From Nemertoderma westbladi (taxonomy: Eukaryota; Animalia; Xenacoelomorpha), in assembly GCA_032718475.1 (NCBI GenBank), contig JAUCBJ010000179.1, positions 1 to 64,000 on the forward strand: 64,000 nt of DNA, given 5' to 3'. Shown here in pieces: positions 46,658 through 60,299 of this stretch; within the stretch, counting starts at the first letter, position 1, and every line of letters begins with the position of its first letter. A program made the position numbers and the translations under genes. The notes under the pieces were generated by a model. It made no database searches and had not been told where the DNA came from. It was given only the letters and a program-made list of their open reading frames with translations.

Positions 46658-49600
46658 AAAACAACTTGAGTTCCATTTGGTGCTAGATGGTTCCTTCCGA
46701 ATTACCAGATCGTGCTCAATAATTGTGACAAACTTGCACGGGTAAAGGAAATGAAACAACTTGAGTTCCAATTGCTGCTAAATGGTTCCCTCCGAGTTAC
46801 CAGATCGTGCTAAATAATGGTGACAAACTTACACGGGTAAAGGAAATGAAACAACTTGAGTTCCAATTGCTGCTAAATGGTCACCTCCGAGTTACCAGAA
46901 CGTGCTCAATAATGGTGACTAACTTACACGGGTAAAGGAAATGAAACAACTTGAATTCCAATTGCTGCTAAATGGTCACCTCCGAGTTACCAGAACATGC
47001 TCAAAAATAGAGACAAACTTACACGGGTAAAGGAAATGAAACAACTTGAGTTCCAATTGCTGCTAAATGGTCACCTCCGAGTTACCAGATCGTGCTCAAT
47101 AATGGAGACAAAATTACACGGGTAAAGGAAATGAAACAACTTGATTTCCAATTGCTACTAAATGGTCACCTCCGAGTTACCAGATCGTGCTCAATAATGG
47201 TGACAAACTTACACGGGTAAAGGAAATGAAACAACTTGAGTTCCAATTGCTGCTAAATGGTCACCTCCGAGATACCAGATCGTGCTCAATAATGGTGATA
47301 AACTTACACGGGTAAATGAAATGAAACAACTTGAGTTCCAATTGCTGCTAAATGGTCACCTCCGAGTTACCAGAACGTGCTCAAAAATAGAGACAAACTT
47401 ACACGGGTAAAGGAAATGAAACAACTTGAGTTCCAATTGCTGCTAAATGCTTCCCTCCGTGTTACCAGATCGTGCTCAATAATGGTGACAAACTTACACG
47501 GGTAAAGGAAATGAAACAACTTGTGTTCCAATTACTGCTAAATGGTCCCCTTCGAGTTACCAGATCGTATAATGGTGACAAACTTACACGGGTGAAGGAA
47601 ATGAAACAACTTGTGTTCCAATTACTGCTAAATGGTTCCCTCCGAGTTACCAGATCGTGCTCAATAATGATGACAAACTTACACGGGTAAAGGAAATGAA
47701 ACAACTTGAGTTCCAATTGCTGCTAAATGGTCACCTCCGAGTTACCAGATCGTGCTCAATAATGGTGACAAACTTACACGGGTAAAGGAAATGAAACAAC
47801 TTGAGTTCCAATTGCTGCTAAATGGTTCCCTCCGAGTTACCAGATCCTGCTCAATAATGGTAACAAACTTACACGGGTAAAGGAAATGAAACAACTTGAG
47901 TTACAATTGCTGCTAAATGGACACCTCCGAGTTACCAGAACGTGCTCAATAATGGTTACAAACTTACACGGGTAAAGGAAATGAAACAACTTGAGTTACA
48001 ATTGCTGCTAAATGGTCACCTCCGAGTTACCAGAACGTGCTCAATAATGGTGACAAAATTACACGGGTAAAGGAAATGAAACAACTTGAGTTCCAATTGC
48101 TGCTAAATGGTCACCTCCGAGTTAACAGATCGTGCTCAATAATGGTGACAAACTTACACGGGTAAAGGAAATGAAACAACTTGAGTTCCAATTGCTGCTA
48201 AATGGTCACCTCCGAGTTACCAGATCGTGCTCAATAATGGTGACAAACGTACACGGGTAAAGGAAATGAAACAACTTGAGTTCCAATTGCTGCTAAATGG
48301 TTCCCTCCGAGTTACCAGATCGTGCTCAATAATGGTGACAAACTTACACGGGTAAAGGAAATTAAACAACTTGAGTTCCAATTGCTGCTAAATTGTCACC
48401 TCCGAGTTACCAGATCGTGCTCAACAATGGTGACAAACTTACACGGGTAAAGGAAATGAAACAACTTGAGTTCCAATTGCTGCTAAATGGTCACCTCCGA
48501 GTTACCAGATCGTGCTCAATAATGGTGACAAACTTACACGGGTAAAGGAAATGAAACAACTTGAGTTCCAATTGCTGATAAATGGTTCCCTCCGAGTTAC
48601 CAGATCGTGCTCAATAATGGTGACAAACTTACACGGGTAAAGGAAATGAAACAACTTGAGTTCCAATTGCTGCTAAATGGTTCCCTCCGAGTTACCAGAT
48701 CGTGCTCAATAATGGTGATAAACTTACACGGGTAAAGGAAATGAAACAACTTGAGTTCCAATTGCTGCTAAATGGTCACCTCCGAGTTACCAGATCGTGC
48801 TCAATAATGATGACAAACGTACACGGGTAAAGGAAATGAAACAACTTGAGTTCCAATGGCTGCTAAATGGTTCCCTCCGAGTTGCCAGATCGTGCTAAAT
48901 AATGGTGACAAACTTACACGGGAAAAGGAAATTAAACAACTTGAGTTCCAATTGCTGCTAAATTGTCACCTCCGAGTTACCAGATCGTGCTCAATAATGG
49001 TGACAAATTTACACGGGTAAAGGAAATGAAACAACTTGATTTCCAATTGCTGCTAAATGGTTCGTTCCGAGTTACCAGAACGTGCCCAAAAATAGAGACA
49101 AACTTACACGGGTAAAGGAAATGAAACAACTTGAGTTCCAGTTGCTGCTAAATGGTTCCCTCCAAGTTACCAGATCGTGCTCAATAATGGTGACAAACTT
49201 ACACGGGTAAAGGAAATGAAACAAGTTGAGTTCCAATTGCTGCTAAATGGTTCCCTCCGAGTTACCAGATCGTGCTCAATAATGGTGACAAACTTACACG
49301 GGTAAAGGAAATGAAACAACTTAAGTTACAATTGCTGCTAAATGGTCACCTCCGAGTTACCAGAACGTGCTCAATAATGGTGACTAACTTACACGGGTAA
49401 AGGAAATGAAACAACTTGAATTCCAATTGCTGCTAAATGGTCACCTCCGAGTTACCAGAACATGCTCAAAAATAGAGACAAACTTACACGGGTAAAGGAA
49501 ATGAAACAACTTGAGTTCCAATTGCTGCTAAATGGTCACCTCCGAGTTACCAGATCGTGCTCAATAATGGAGACAAAATTACACGGGTAAAGGAAATGAA

Positions 49601-52600
49601 ACAACTTGATTTCCAATTGCTGCTAAATGGTCACCTCCGAGTTACCAGATCCTGCTCAATAATGGTAACAAACTTACACGGGTAAAGGAAATGAAACAAC
49701 TTGAGTTCCAATTGCTGCTAAATGGTCACCTCCGAGTTACCAGATCGTGCTCAATAATGGTGACAAACGTACACGGGTAAAGGAAATGAAACAACTTGAG
49801 TTCCAATGGCTGCTAAATGGTTCCCTCCGAGTTGCCAGATCGTGCTCAATAATGGTGACAAACTTACACGGGAAAAGGAAATAAACAACTTGAGTTCCAA
49901 TTGCTGCTAAATTGTCACCTCCGAGTTACCAGATCGTGCTCAATAATGGTGACAAATTTACACGGGTAAAGGAAATGAAACAACTTGATTTCCAATTGCT
50001 GCTAAATGGTTCGTTCCGAGTTACCAGAACGTGCCCAAAAATAGAGACAAACTTACACGGGTAAAGGAAATGAAACAACTTGAGTTCCAGTTGCTGCTAA
50101 ATGGTTCCCTACAAGTTACCAGATCGTGCTCAATAATGGTGACAAACTTACACGGGTAAAGGAAATGAAACAAGTTGAGTTCCAATTGCTGCTAAATGGT
50201 TCCCTCCGAGTTACCAGATCGTGCTCAATAATGGTGACAAACTTACACGGGTAAATGAAATGAAACAACTTGAGTTACAATTGCTGCTAAATGGTCACCT
50301 CCGAGTTACCAGAACGTGCTCAATAATGGTGACTAACTTACACGGGTAAAGGAAATGAAACAACTTGAATTCCAATTGCTGCTAAATGGTCACCTCCGAG
50401 TTACCAGAACATGCTCAAAAATAGAGACAAACTTACACGGGTAAAGGAAATGAAACAACTTGAGTTCCAATTGCTGCTAAATGGTCACCTCCGAGTTACC
50501 AGATCGTGCTCAATAATGGAGACAAAATTACACGGGTAAAGGAAATGAAACAACTTGATTTCCAATTGCTGCTAAATGGTCACCTCCGAGTTACCAGATC
50601 GTGCTCAATAATGGTGACAAACTTACACGGGTAAAGGAAATGAAACAACTTGAGTTCCAATTGCTGCTAAATGGTCACCTCCGAGATACCAGATCGTGCT
50701 CAATAATGGTGATAAACTTACACGGGTAAATGAAATGAAACAACTTGAGTTCCAATTGCTGCTAAATGGTCACCTCCGAGTTACCAGAACGTGCTCAAAA
50801 ATAGAGACAAACTTACACGGGTAAAGGAAATGAAACAACTTGAGTTCCAATTGCTGCTAAATGCTTCCCTCCGAGTTACCAGATCGTGCTCAATAATGGT
50901 GACAAACTTACACGGGTAAAGGAAATGAAACAACTTGTGTTCCAATTACTGCTAAATGGTCCCCTTCGAGTTACCAGATCGTATAATGGTGACAAACTTA
51001 CACGGGTGAAGGAAATGAAACAACTTGTGTTCCAATTACTGCTAAATGGTTCCCTCCGAGTTACCAGATCGTGCTCAATAATGATGACAAACTTACACGG
51101 GTAAAGGAAATGAAACAACTTGTGTTCCAATTACTGCTAAATGGTCCCCTTCGAGTTACCAGATCGTATAATGGTGACAAACTTACACGGGTGAAGGAAA
51201 TGAATCAACTTGTGTTCCAATTACTGCTAAATGGTTCCCTCCGAGTTACCAGATCGTGCTCAATAATGATGACAAACTTACACGGGTAAAGGAAATGAAA
51301 CAACTTGAGTTCCAATTGCTGCTAAATGGTCACCTCCGAGTTACCAGATCGTGCTCAATAATGGTGACAAACTTACACGGGTAAAGGAAATGAAACAACT
51401 TGAGTTCCAATTGCTGCTAAATGGTTCCCTCCGAGTTACCAGATCCTGCTCAATAATGGTAACAAACTTACACGGGTAAAGGAAATGAAACAACTTGAGT
51501 TACAATTGCTGCTAAATGGACACCTCCGAGTTACCAGAACGTGCTCAATAATGGTTACAAACTTACACGGGTAAAGGAAATGAAACAACTTGAGTTACAA
51601 TTGCTGCTAAATGGTCACCTCCGAGTTACCAGAACGTGCTCAATAATGGTGACAAAATTACACGGGTAAAGGAAATGAAACAACTTGAGTTCCAATTGCT
51701 GCTAAATGGTCACCTCCGAGTTACCAGATCGTGCTCAATAATGGTGACAAACTTACACGGGTAAAGGAAATGAAACAACTTGAGTTCCAATTGCTGCTAA
51801 ATGGTCACCTCCGAGTTACCAGATCGTGCTCAATAATGGTGACAAACGTACACGGGTAAAGGAAATGAAACAACTTGAGTTCCAATTGCTGCTAAATGGT
51901 TCCCTCCGAGTTACCAGATCGTGCTCAATAATGGTGACAAACTTACACGGGTAAAGGAAATTAAACAACTTGAGTTCCAATTGCTGCTAAATTGTCACCT
52001 CCGAGTTACCAGATCGTGCTCAACAATGGTGACAAACTTACACGGGTAAAGGAAATGAAACAACTTGAGTTCCAATTGCTGCTAAATGGTCACCTCCGAG
52101 TTACCAGATCGTGCTCAATAATGGTGACAAACTTACACGGGTAAAGGAAATGAAACAACTTGAGTTCCAATTGCTGATAAATGGTTCCCTCCGAGTTACC
52201 AGATCGTGCTCAATAATGGTGACAAACTTACACGGGTAAAGGAAATGAAACAACTTGAGTTCCAATTGCTGCTAAATGGTTCCCTCCGAGTTACCAGATC
52301 GTGCTCAATAATGGTGATAAACTTACACGGGTAAAGGAAATGAAACAACTTGAGTTCCAATTGCTGCTAAATGGTCACCTCCGAGTTACCAGATCGTGCT
52401 CAATAATGGTGACAAACGTACACGGGTAAAGGAAATGAAACAACTTGAGTTCCAATGGCTGCTAAATGGTTCCCTCCGAGTTGCCAGATCGTGCTCAATA
52501 ATGGTGACAAACTTACACGGGAAAAGGAAATTAAACAACTTGAGTTCCAATTACTGCTAAATTGTCACCTCCGAGTTACCAGATCGTGCTCAATAATGGT

Positions 52601-55600
52601 GACAAATTTACACGGGTAAAGGAAATGAAACAACTTGATTTCCAATTGCTGCTAAATGGTTCGTTCCGAGTTACCAGAACGTGCCCAAAAATAGAGACAA
52701 ACTTACACGGGTAAAGGAAATGAAACAACTTGAGTTCCAGTTGCTGCTAAATGGTTCCCTCCAAGTTACCAGATCGTGCTCAATAATGGTGACAAACTTA
52801 CACGGGTAAAGGAAATGAAACAAGTTGAGTTCCAATTGCTGCTAAATGGTTCCCTCCGAGTTACCAGATCGTGCTCAATAATGGTGACAAACTTACACGG
52901 GTAAAGGAAATGAAACAACTTGAGTTACAATTGCTGCTAAATGGTCACCTCCGAGTTACCAGAACGTGCTCAATAATGGTGACTAACTTACACGGGTAAA
53001 GGAAATGAAACAACTTGAATTCCAATTGCTGCTAAATGGTCACCTCCGAGTTACCAGAACATGCTCAAAAATAGAGACAAACTTACACGGGTAAAGGAAA
53101 TGAAACAACTTGTGTTCCAATTACTGCTAAATGGTCCCCTTCGAGTTACCAGATCGTATAATGGTGACAAACTTACACGGGTGAAGGAAATGAAACAACT
53201 TGTGTTCCAATTACTGCTAAATGGTTCCCTCCGAGTTACCAGATCGTGCTCAATAATGATGACAAACTTACACGGGTAAAGGAAATGAAACAACTTGAGT
53301 TCCAATTGCTGCTAAATGGTCACCTCCGAGTTACCAGATCGTGCTCAATAATGGTGACAAACTTACACGGGTAAAGGAAATGAAACAACTTGAGTTCCAA
53401 TTGCTGCTAAATGGTTCCCTCCGAGTTGCCAGATCCTGCTCAATAATGGTAACAAACTTACACGGGTAAAGGAAATGAAACAACTTGAGTTCCAATTGCT
53501 GCTAAATGGTCACCTCCGAGTTACCAGATCGTGCTCAATAATGGTGACAAACGTACACGGGTAAAGGAAATGAAACAACTTGAGTTCCAATGGCTGCTAA
53601 ATGGTTCCCTCCGAGTTGCCAGATCGTGCTCAATAATGGTGACAAACTTACACGGGAAAAGGAAATTAAACAACTTGAGTTCCAATTGCTGCTAAATTGT
53701 CACCTCCGAGTTACCAGATCGTGCTCAATAATGGTGACAAATTTACACGGGTAAAGGAAATGAAACAACTTGATTTCCAATTGCTGCTAAATGGTTCGTT
53801 CCGAGTTACCAGAACGTGCCCAAAAATAGAGACAAACTTACACGGGTAAAGGAAATGAAACAACTTGAGTTCCAGTTGCTGCTAAATGGTTCCCTCCAAG
53901 TTACCAGATCGTGCTCAATAATGGTGACAAACTTACACGGGTAAAGGAAATGAAACAAGTTGAGTTCCAATTGCTGCTAAATGGTTCCCTCCGAGTTACC
54001 AGATCGTGCTCAATAATGGTGACAAACTTACACGGGTAAAGGAAATGAAACAACTTGAGTTACAATTGCTGCTAAATGGTCACCTCCGAGTTACCAGAAC
54101 GTGCTCAATAATGGTGACTAACTTACACGGGTAAAGGAAATGAAACAACTTGAATTCCAATTGCTGCTAAATGGTCACCTCCGAGTTACCAGAACATGCT
54201 CAAAAATAGAGACAAACTTACACGGGTAAAGGAAATGAAACAACTTGAGTTCCAATTGCTGCTAAATGGTCACCTCCGAGTTACCAGATCGTGCTCAATA
54301 ATGGAGACAAAATTACACGGGTAAAGGAAATGAAACAACTTGATTTCCAATTGCTGCTAAATGGTCACCTCCGAGTTACCAGATCGTGCTCAATAATGGT
54401 GACAAACTTACACGGGTAAAGGAAATGAAACAACTTGAGTTCCAATTGCTGCTAAATGGTCACCTCCGAGATACCAGATCGTGCTCAATAATGGTGATAA
54501 ACTTACACGGGTAAATGAAATGAAACAACTTGAGTTCCAATTGCTGCTAAATGGTCACCTCCGAGTTACCAGAACGTGCTCAAAAATAGAGACAAACTTA
54601 CACGGGTAAAGGAAATGAAACAACTTGAGTTCCAATTGCTGCTAAATGCTTCCCTCCGAGTTACCAGATCGTGCTCAATAATGGTGACAAACTTACACGG
54701 GTAAAGGAAATGAAACAACTTGTGTTCCAATTACTGCTAAATGGTCCCCTTCGAGTTACCAGATCGTATAATGGTGACAAACTTACACGGGTGAAGGAAA
54801 TGAAACAACTTGTGTTCCAATTACTGCTAAATGGTTCCCTCCGAGTTACCAGATCGTGCTCAATAATGATGACAAACTTACACGGGTAAAGGAAATGAAA
54901 CAACTTGAGTTCCAATTGCTGCTAAATGGTCACCTCCGAGTTACCAGATCGTGCTCAATAATGGTGACAAACTTACACGGGTAAAGGAAATGAAACAACT
55001 TGAGTTCCAATTGCTGCTAAATGGTTCCCTCCGAGTTACCAGATCCTGCTCAATAATGGTAACAAACTTACACGGGTAAAGGAAGTGAAACAACTTGAGT
55101 TACAATTGCTGCTAAATGGACACCTCCGAGTTACCAGAACGTGCTCAATAATGGTTACAAACTTACACGGGTAAAGGAAATGAAACAACTTGAGTTACAA
55201 TTGCTGCTAAATGGTCACCTCCGAGTTACCAGAACGTGCTCAATAATGGTGACAAAATTACACGGGTAAAGGAAATGAAACAACTTGAGTTCCAATTGCT
55301 GCTAAATGGTCACCTCCGAGTTACCAGATCGTGCTCAATAATGGTGACAAACTTACACGGGTAAAGGAAATGAAACAACTTGAGTTCCAATTGCTGATAA
55401 ATGGTTCCCTCCGAGTTACCAGATCGTGCTCAATAATGGTGACAAACTTACACGGGTAAAGGAAATGAAACAACTTGAGTTCCAATTGCTGCTAAATGGT
55501 TCCCTCCGAGTTACCAGATCGTGCTCAATAATGGTGATAAACTTACACGGGTAAAGGAAATGAAACAACTTGAGTTCCAATTGCTGCTAAATGGTCACCT

Positions 55601-57945
55601 CCGAGTTACCAGATCGTGCTCAATAATGGTGACAAACGTACACGGGTAAAGGAAATGAAACAACTTGAGTTCCAATGGCTGCTAAATGGTTCCCTCCGAG
55701 TTGCCAGATCGTGCTCAATAATGGTGACAAACTTACACGGGAAAAGGAAATTAAACAACTTGAGTTCCAATTGCTGCTAAATTGTCACCTCCGAGTTACC
55801 AGATCGTGCTCAATAATGGTGACAAATTTACACGGGTAAAGGAAATGAAACAACTTGATTTCCAATTGCTGCTAAATGGTTCGTTCCGAGTTACCAGAAC
55901 GTGCCCAAAAATAGAGACAAACTTACACGGGTAAAGGAAATGAAACAACTTGAGTTCCAGTTGCTGCTAAATGGTTCCCTCCAAGTTACCAGATCGTGCT
56001 CAATAATGGTGACAAACTTACACGGGTAAAGGAAATGAAACAAGTTGAGTTCCAATTGCTGCTAAATGGTTCCCTCCGAGTTACCAGATCGTGCTCAATA
56101 ATGGTGACAAACTTACACGGGTAAAGGAAATGAAACAACTTGAGTTCCAATTGCTGCTAAATGGTTCCCTCCGAGTTACCAGATCGTGCTCAATAATGGT
56201 GACAAACTTACACGGGTAAAGGAAATGAAACAACTTGAGTTCCAATTGCTGATAAATGGTTCCCTCCGAGTTACCAGATCGTGCTCAATAATGGTGACAA
56301 ACTTACACGGGTAAAGGAAATGAAACAACTTGAGTTCCAATTGCTGCTAAATGGTTCCCTCCGAGTTACCATATCGTGCTCAATAATGGTGATAAACTTA
56401 CACGGGTAAAGGAAATGAAACAACTTGAGTTCCAATTGCTGCTAAATGGTCACCTCCGAGTTACCAGATCGTGCTCAATAATGGTGACAAACGTACACGG
56501 GTAAAGGAAATGAAACAACTTGAGTTCCAATGGCTGCTAAATGGTTCCCTCCGAGTTGCCAGATCGTGCTCAATAATGGTGACAAACTTACACGGGAAAA
56601 GGAAATTAAACAACTTGAGTTCCAATTGCTGCTAAATTGTCACCTCCGAGTTACCAGATCGTGCTCAATAATGGTGACAAATTTACACGGGTAAAGGAAA
56701 TGAAACAACTTGATTTCCAATTGCTGCTAAATGGTTCGTTCCGAGTTACCAGAACGTGCCCAAAAATAGAGACAAACTTACACGGGTAAAGGAAATGAAA
56801 CAACTTGAGTTCCAGTTGCTGCTAAATGGTTCCCTCCAAGTTACCAGATCGTGCTCAATAATGGTGACAAACTTACACGGGTAAAGGAAATGAAACAAGT
56901 TGAGTTCCAATTGCTGCTAAATGGTTCCCTCCGAGTTACCAGATCGTGCTCAATAATGGTGACAAACTTACACGGGAAAAGGAAATTAAACAACTTGAGT
57001 TCCAATTGCTGCTAAATTGTCACCTCCGAGTTACCAGATCGTGGTCAATAATGGTGACAAATTTACACGGGTAAAGGAAATGAAACAACTTGAGTTCCAA
57101 TTGCTGCTAAATGGTCACCTCCGAGTTACCAGAACGTGCTCAATAATGGTGACAAATTTACACGGGTAAAGGAAATAAAACAATTTGAGTTCCAGTTGCT
57201 GCTAAATGGTTCCCTCCAAGTTACCAGATCGTGCTCAATAATGGTGACAAACTTACACGGGTAAAGGAAATGAAACAACTTGAGTTCCAATTGCTGCTAA
57301 GTGGTCACCTCCGAGTTACCAGATCGTGCTCAATAATGGTGATAAACTTACACGGGTAAAGGAAATGAAACAACTTGAGTTCCAATCGCTGCTAAATGGT
57401 CACCTCCGAGTTACCAGATCGTGCTCAATAATTGTGACAAACTTACACGGGTAAAGGAAATAAAACAACTTGAGTTCCAGTTGCTGCTAAATGGTTCCCT
57501 CCAAGTTACCAGATCGTGCTCAATAATGGTGACAAACTTACACGGGTAAAGGAAATGAAACAACTTGAGTTCCAATTGCTGCTAAGTGGTCACCTCCGAG
57601 TTACCAGATCGTGCTCAATAATGGTGATAAACTTACACGGGTAAAGGAAATGAAACAACTTGAGTTCCAATCGCTGCTAAATGGTCACCTCCGAGTTACC
57701 AGATCGTGCTCAATAATTGTGACAAACTTACACGGGAAAAGGAAATGAAACAACTTGAGTTCCAATTGCTGCTAAATGGTCACCTCCGAGTTAGCAGATC
57801 GTGCTCAATAATGGTAATAAACTTACACGGGTAAAGGAAATGAAACAACTTGAGTTCCAATTGCTGCTAAATGGTCACCTCCGAGTTACCAGAACGTGCT
57901 CAATAATGGTGACAAACTTACACGGGTAAAGGAAATGAAACATCT
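46658..57945. repeat. 95-bp satellite array, about 119 units, with higher-order blocks
   Basis: ACAACTTGAG recurs at 46756, 46851, 47041...; 90-bp deletion variants and diagnostic variant runs recur in blocks. Confidence 0.97.
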
Positions 57946-58481
57946 TGGTAATGTGTTTCACTACTAGAATAAGTTTGATTGAGATCTCTGTCTTAAACGG
58001 GTAAGTTTTATCGGGAATATGAATTGTCTCCGCCAGGAATTCTCTTTTGCATACTCACTCAGTCAGAGTTGCATTGAGTTTATACAACAAGTTTATATGG
58101 AAACGGATTATGAAACATCTGGTCGGATGCTTTGCTGCACCTCGTAACTGCGTGGAACAAAATTTTCGAACTACCTGGCATCTCTTACATAATTAATACC
58201 CACAGGTACATCGTTGAATATCTAAACACCTTCCAGCATATCCCTTTGTGATTCTGTGTTGGATATTCGCGACTATGAAAAATAGTAATAATAATAATAA
58301 TACTTACGATGGACTAATTTTTGGACATACATTTCTAATAATTATAGTTTTAGGACTAAAAACTAACTAATTAGCTTACAGTACATACTCAGCACAACCT
58401 TTTACATTACAAATATATATTTTAAAAAAATCCTGACGATGTAAAGTTATTATAAAGTAACAGTTTCAACTACGTGAATCC

Positions 58482-59992
58482 CTAAAGTCTTGTGAAGCTC
58501 TCAGCAATTTCAGTAACTACGAGTGAAGATGGAGTGGATTGTGTCCTAGTGATTCCAAGGCCTTCATTTCCTTCGTCTTCAAAAAACATTGGATTTTCCT
58601 GAAAGCAAAAGAGGAAATAATAGCTGAATATGTGCTCTAAAACCTAAACTTTCCTATAAATTTTTCAATACAAAGTACCCCCCCCCCCCCCCCCCCCTCC
58701 CTTTCAAACAATGTATTATAATTATTTTAAATGAGCTTTAATGAAAGTGGTTTTTAACTACAAAAACTACAACACCAAAAATTAAATCTCATTAAAATTT
58801 AATAAAGTGGAAAGAAACTTATCCGAAAGTAAGAAGGATTTTTTTAAAGAAATACAAAAAGATAAAATTATGAAAATGTAAACTTACTAAATAAAAAGAA
58901 TTGTTTTGGGAAATATCACCAGATATGGTATGTATAGGGTTGGTATCATCATCTGGTTTACAATAAGTCGAACATTTACCACACCAAGGAGGCAATTTGT
59001 CAACCAGTCGTAGTATTAGAGGAAATATCAATTTTGAGTTTGTGTCTGTAGAAAAGCCTGGAATTACAAACATTAATTAATAAAGCAATTATATCCCAAT
59101 TATCCAAATTAATTGATACAGGAAGCTACTCAGGAAGCATGATAATTGAAATTCTAAATTCTAATGATAATATGAAGTCGTATCAATAAGTCAACAGTAC
59201 CACGTTCGTGGGGCGTCGCGCAGCACGCGAACTTGAATAAGTTCGAAACAAGTTCGATTTGATCTGGAGTCAAAAGTTCGAGAGGTATTTGCCCGTAACT
59301 TTCAAAAATATTGGAAATTTTTCTCTAGTATGTCTATACAAAATTTGGTTATTAAAAACTTTAAAAGTTATTTATTTACGCATGAATTTTTCATTAAAAG
59401 ACAGACAGACGGACATGAAATTTTGCCCCATTTACTAATTATAATTGTGCGCTAAGGCTCGCCTTTACTGCGTGGCTCGCCCCACATGACACTACAGTAA
59501 GTTGTTCTATCTGGCTCGGCAATTACAGTAGTAGGCCTAAATAATAATCTCAAAATAAACTTATATTCCAGTAACATAAAGCACCATAGCAATATTTATT
59601 TCATTGCTATTTGCAGTTATTAAATGTATACCAGTAGACCTAGTCTCTTTCATTACCTAATGAATGATGTTAATGTGCTATAGGATGATGGGAAACCCAA
59701 ATTAAAATAGACTATTTTTATGGTCACCTGTGATGGCACTAGCTATAATCCCAAAAATTATCGCGGCAAAGAACCCAATCATGGAATACCATATGTACGA
59801 TACTGAATACAGTGTTTGAGCGATCCAAGGTATATACCGAGTAGGGGGAGGTGTCGGCAATGTGAGGTTGACTTCTAGACACCCATCCACAGATAGAGGT
59901 GGCGTAAAGACCACGTTCGGTTTGTAAATTTGTTGCCCAATCGCCATCCAGAAGCATAGAATTATTGATAAACTGTAACCCAAGAATGCTCC
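58482..59992 (-). CDS. Last three exons of an SLC5 sodium/solute symporter (SLC5A8/A12/A6-like); exons 59992-59728, 59057-58888, 58598-58482
   Basis: GAFLG...FWMAIGQ...PPLSVDGC...LYSVSYIWYSMIG...GIIASAITG; compatible GT-AG phases; ends ESFTRL* (PDZ-type motif); 5' exons lie beyond the window. Confidence 0.9.
59203..59484 (-). mobile_element. Short copy of the TG-flanked repeat family in an SLC5 intron
   Basis: Minus strand TG|TGGGGCGAGCCACGCAG...CGCCCCACGAACG|TG; GTCT/GTCC microsatellite at 59400-59414. Confidence 0.75.
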
Positions 59993-60299
59993 CTGAAAAT
60001 ATATTTCAAAATTGTTTACAGTTGGCCATGTCATTGTGTAATATTAAACACCACTTTTAATATAAAATAGTTATTGTTGTTGCCGACCGTGGTTTCACAC
60101 TCTCATGCTTTTCCTCATGACATTAATTTAATATTAAATACGATTTAAGATTAGCATTTACGCAAGAATCTGAAACTCAAAGCAGCCCACCGAAAACATA
60201 TTAGGCTGGGCCACAGCGAAACTGCAGAGGCATAGCGACGGGGGGAAGGGGGGGGGACGTTCCCCCGGGCGCACTCGCCAGGGACGCTGAAATGTCAGG

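Noticed and set aside
46658-57945. CRISPR-like array or repeat-protein gene
   Set aside because: Units are contiguous with no unique spacers; 95 bp is not a multiple of 3; the short ORFs arise only at 90-bp variants; context is eukaryotic
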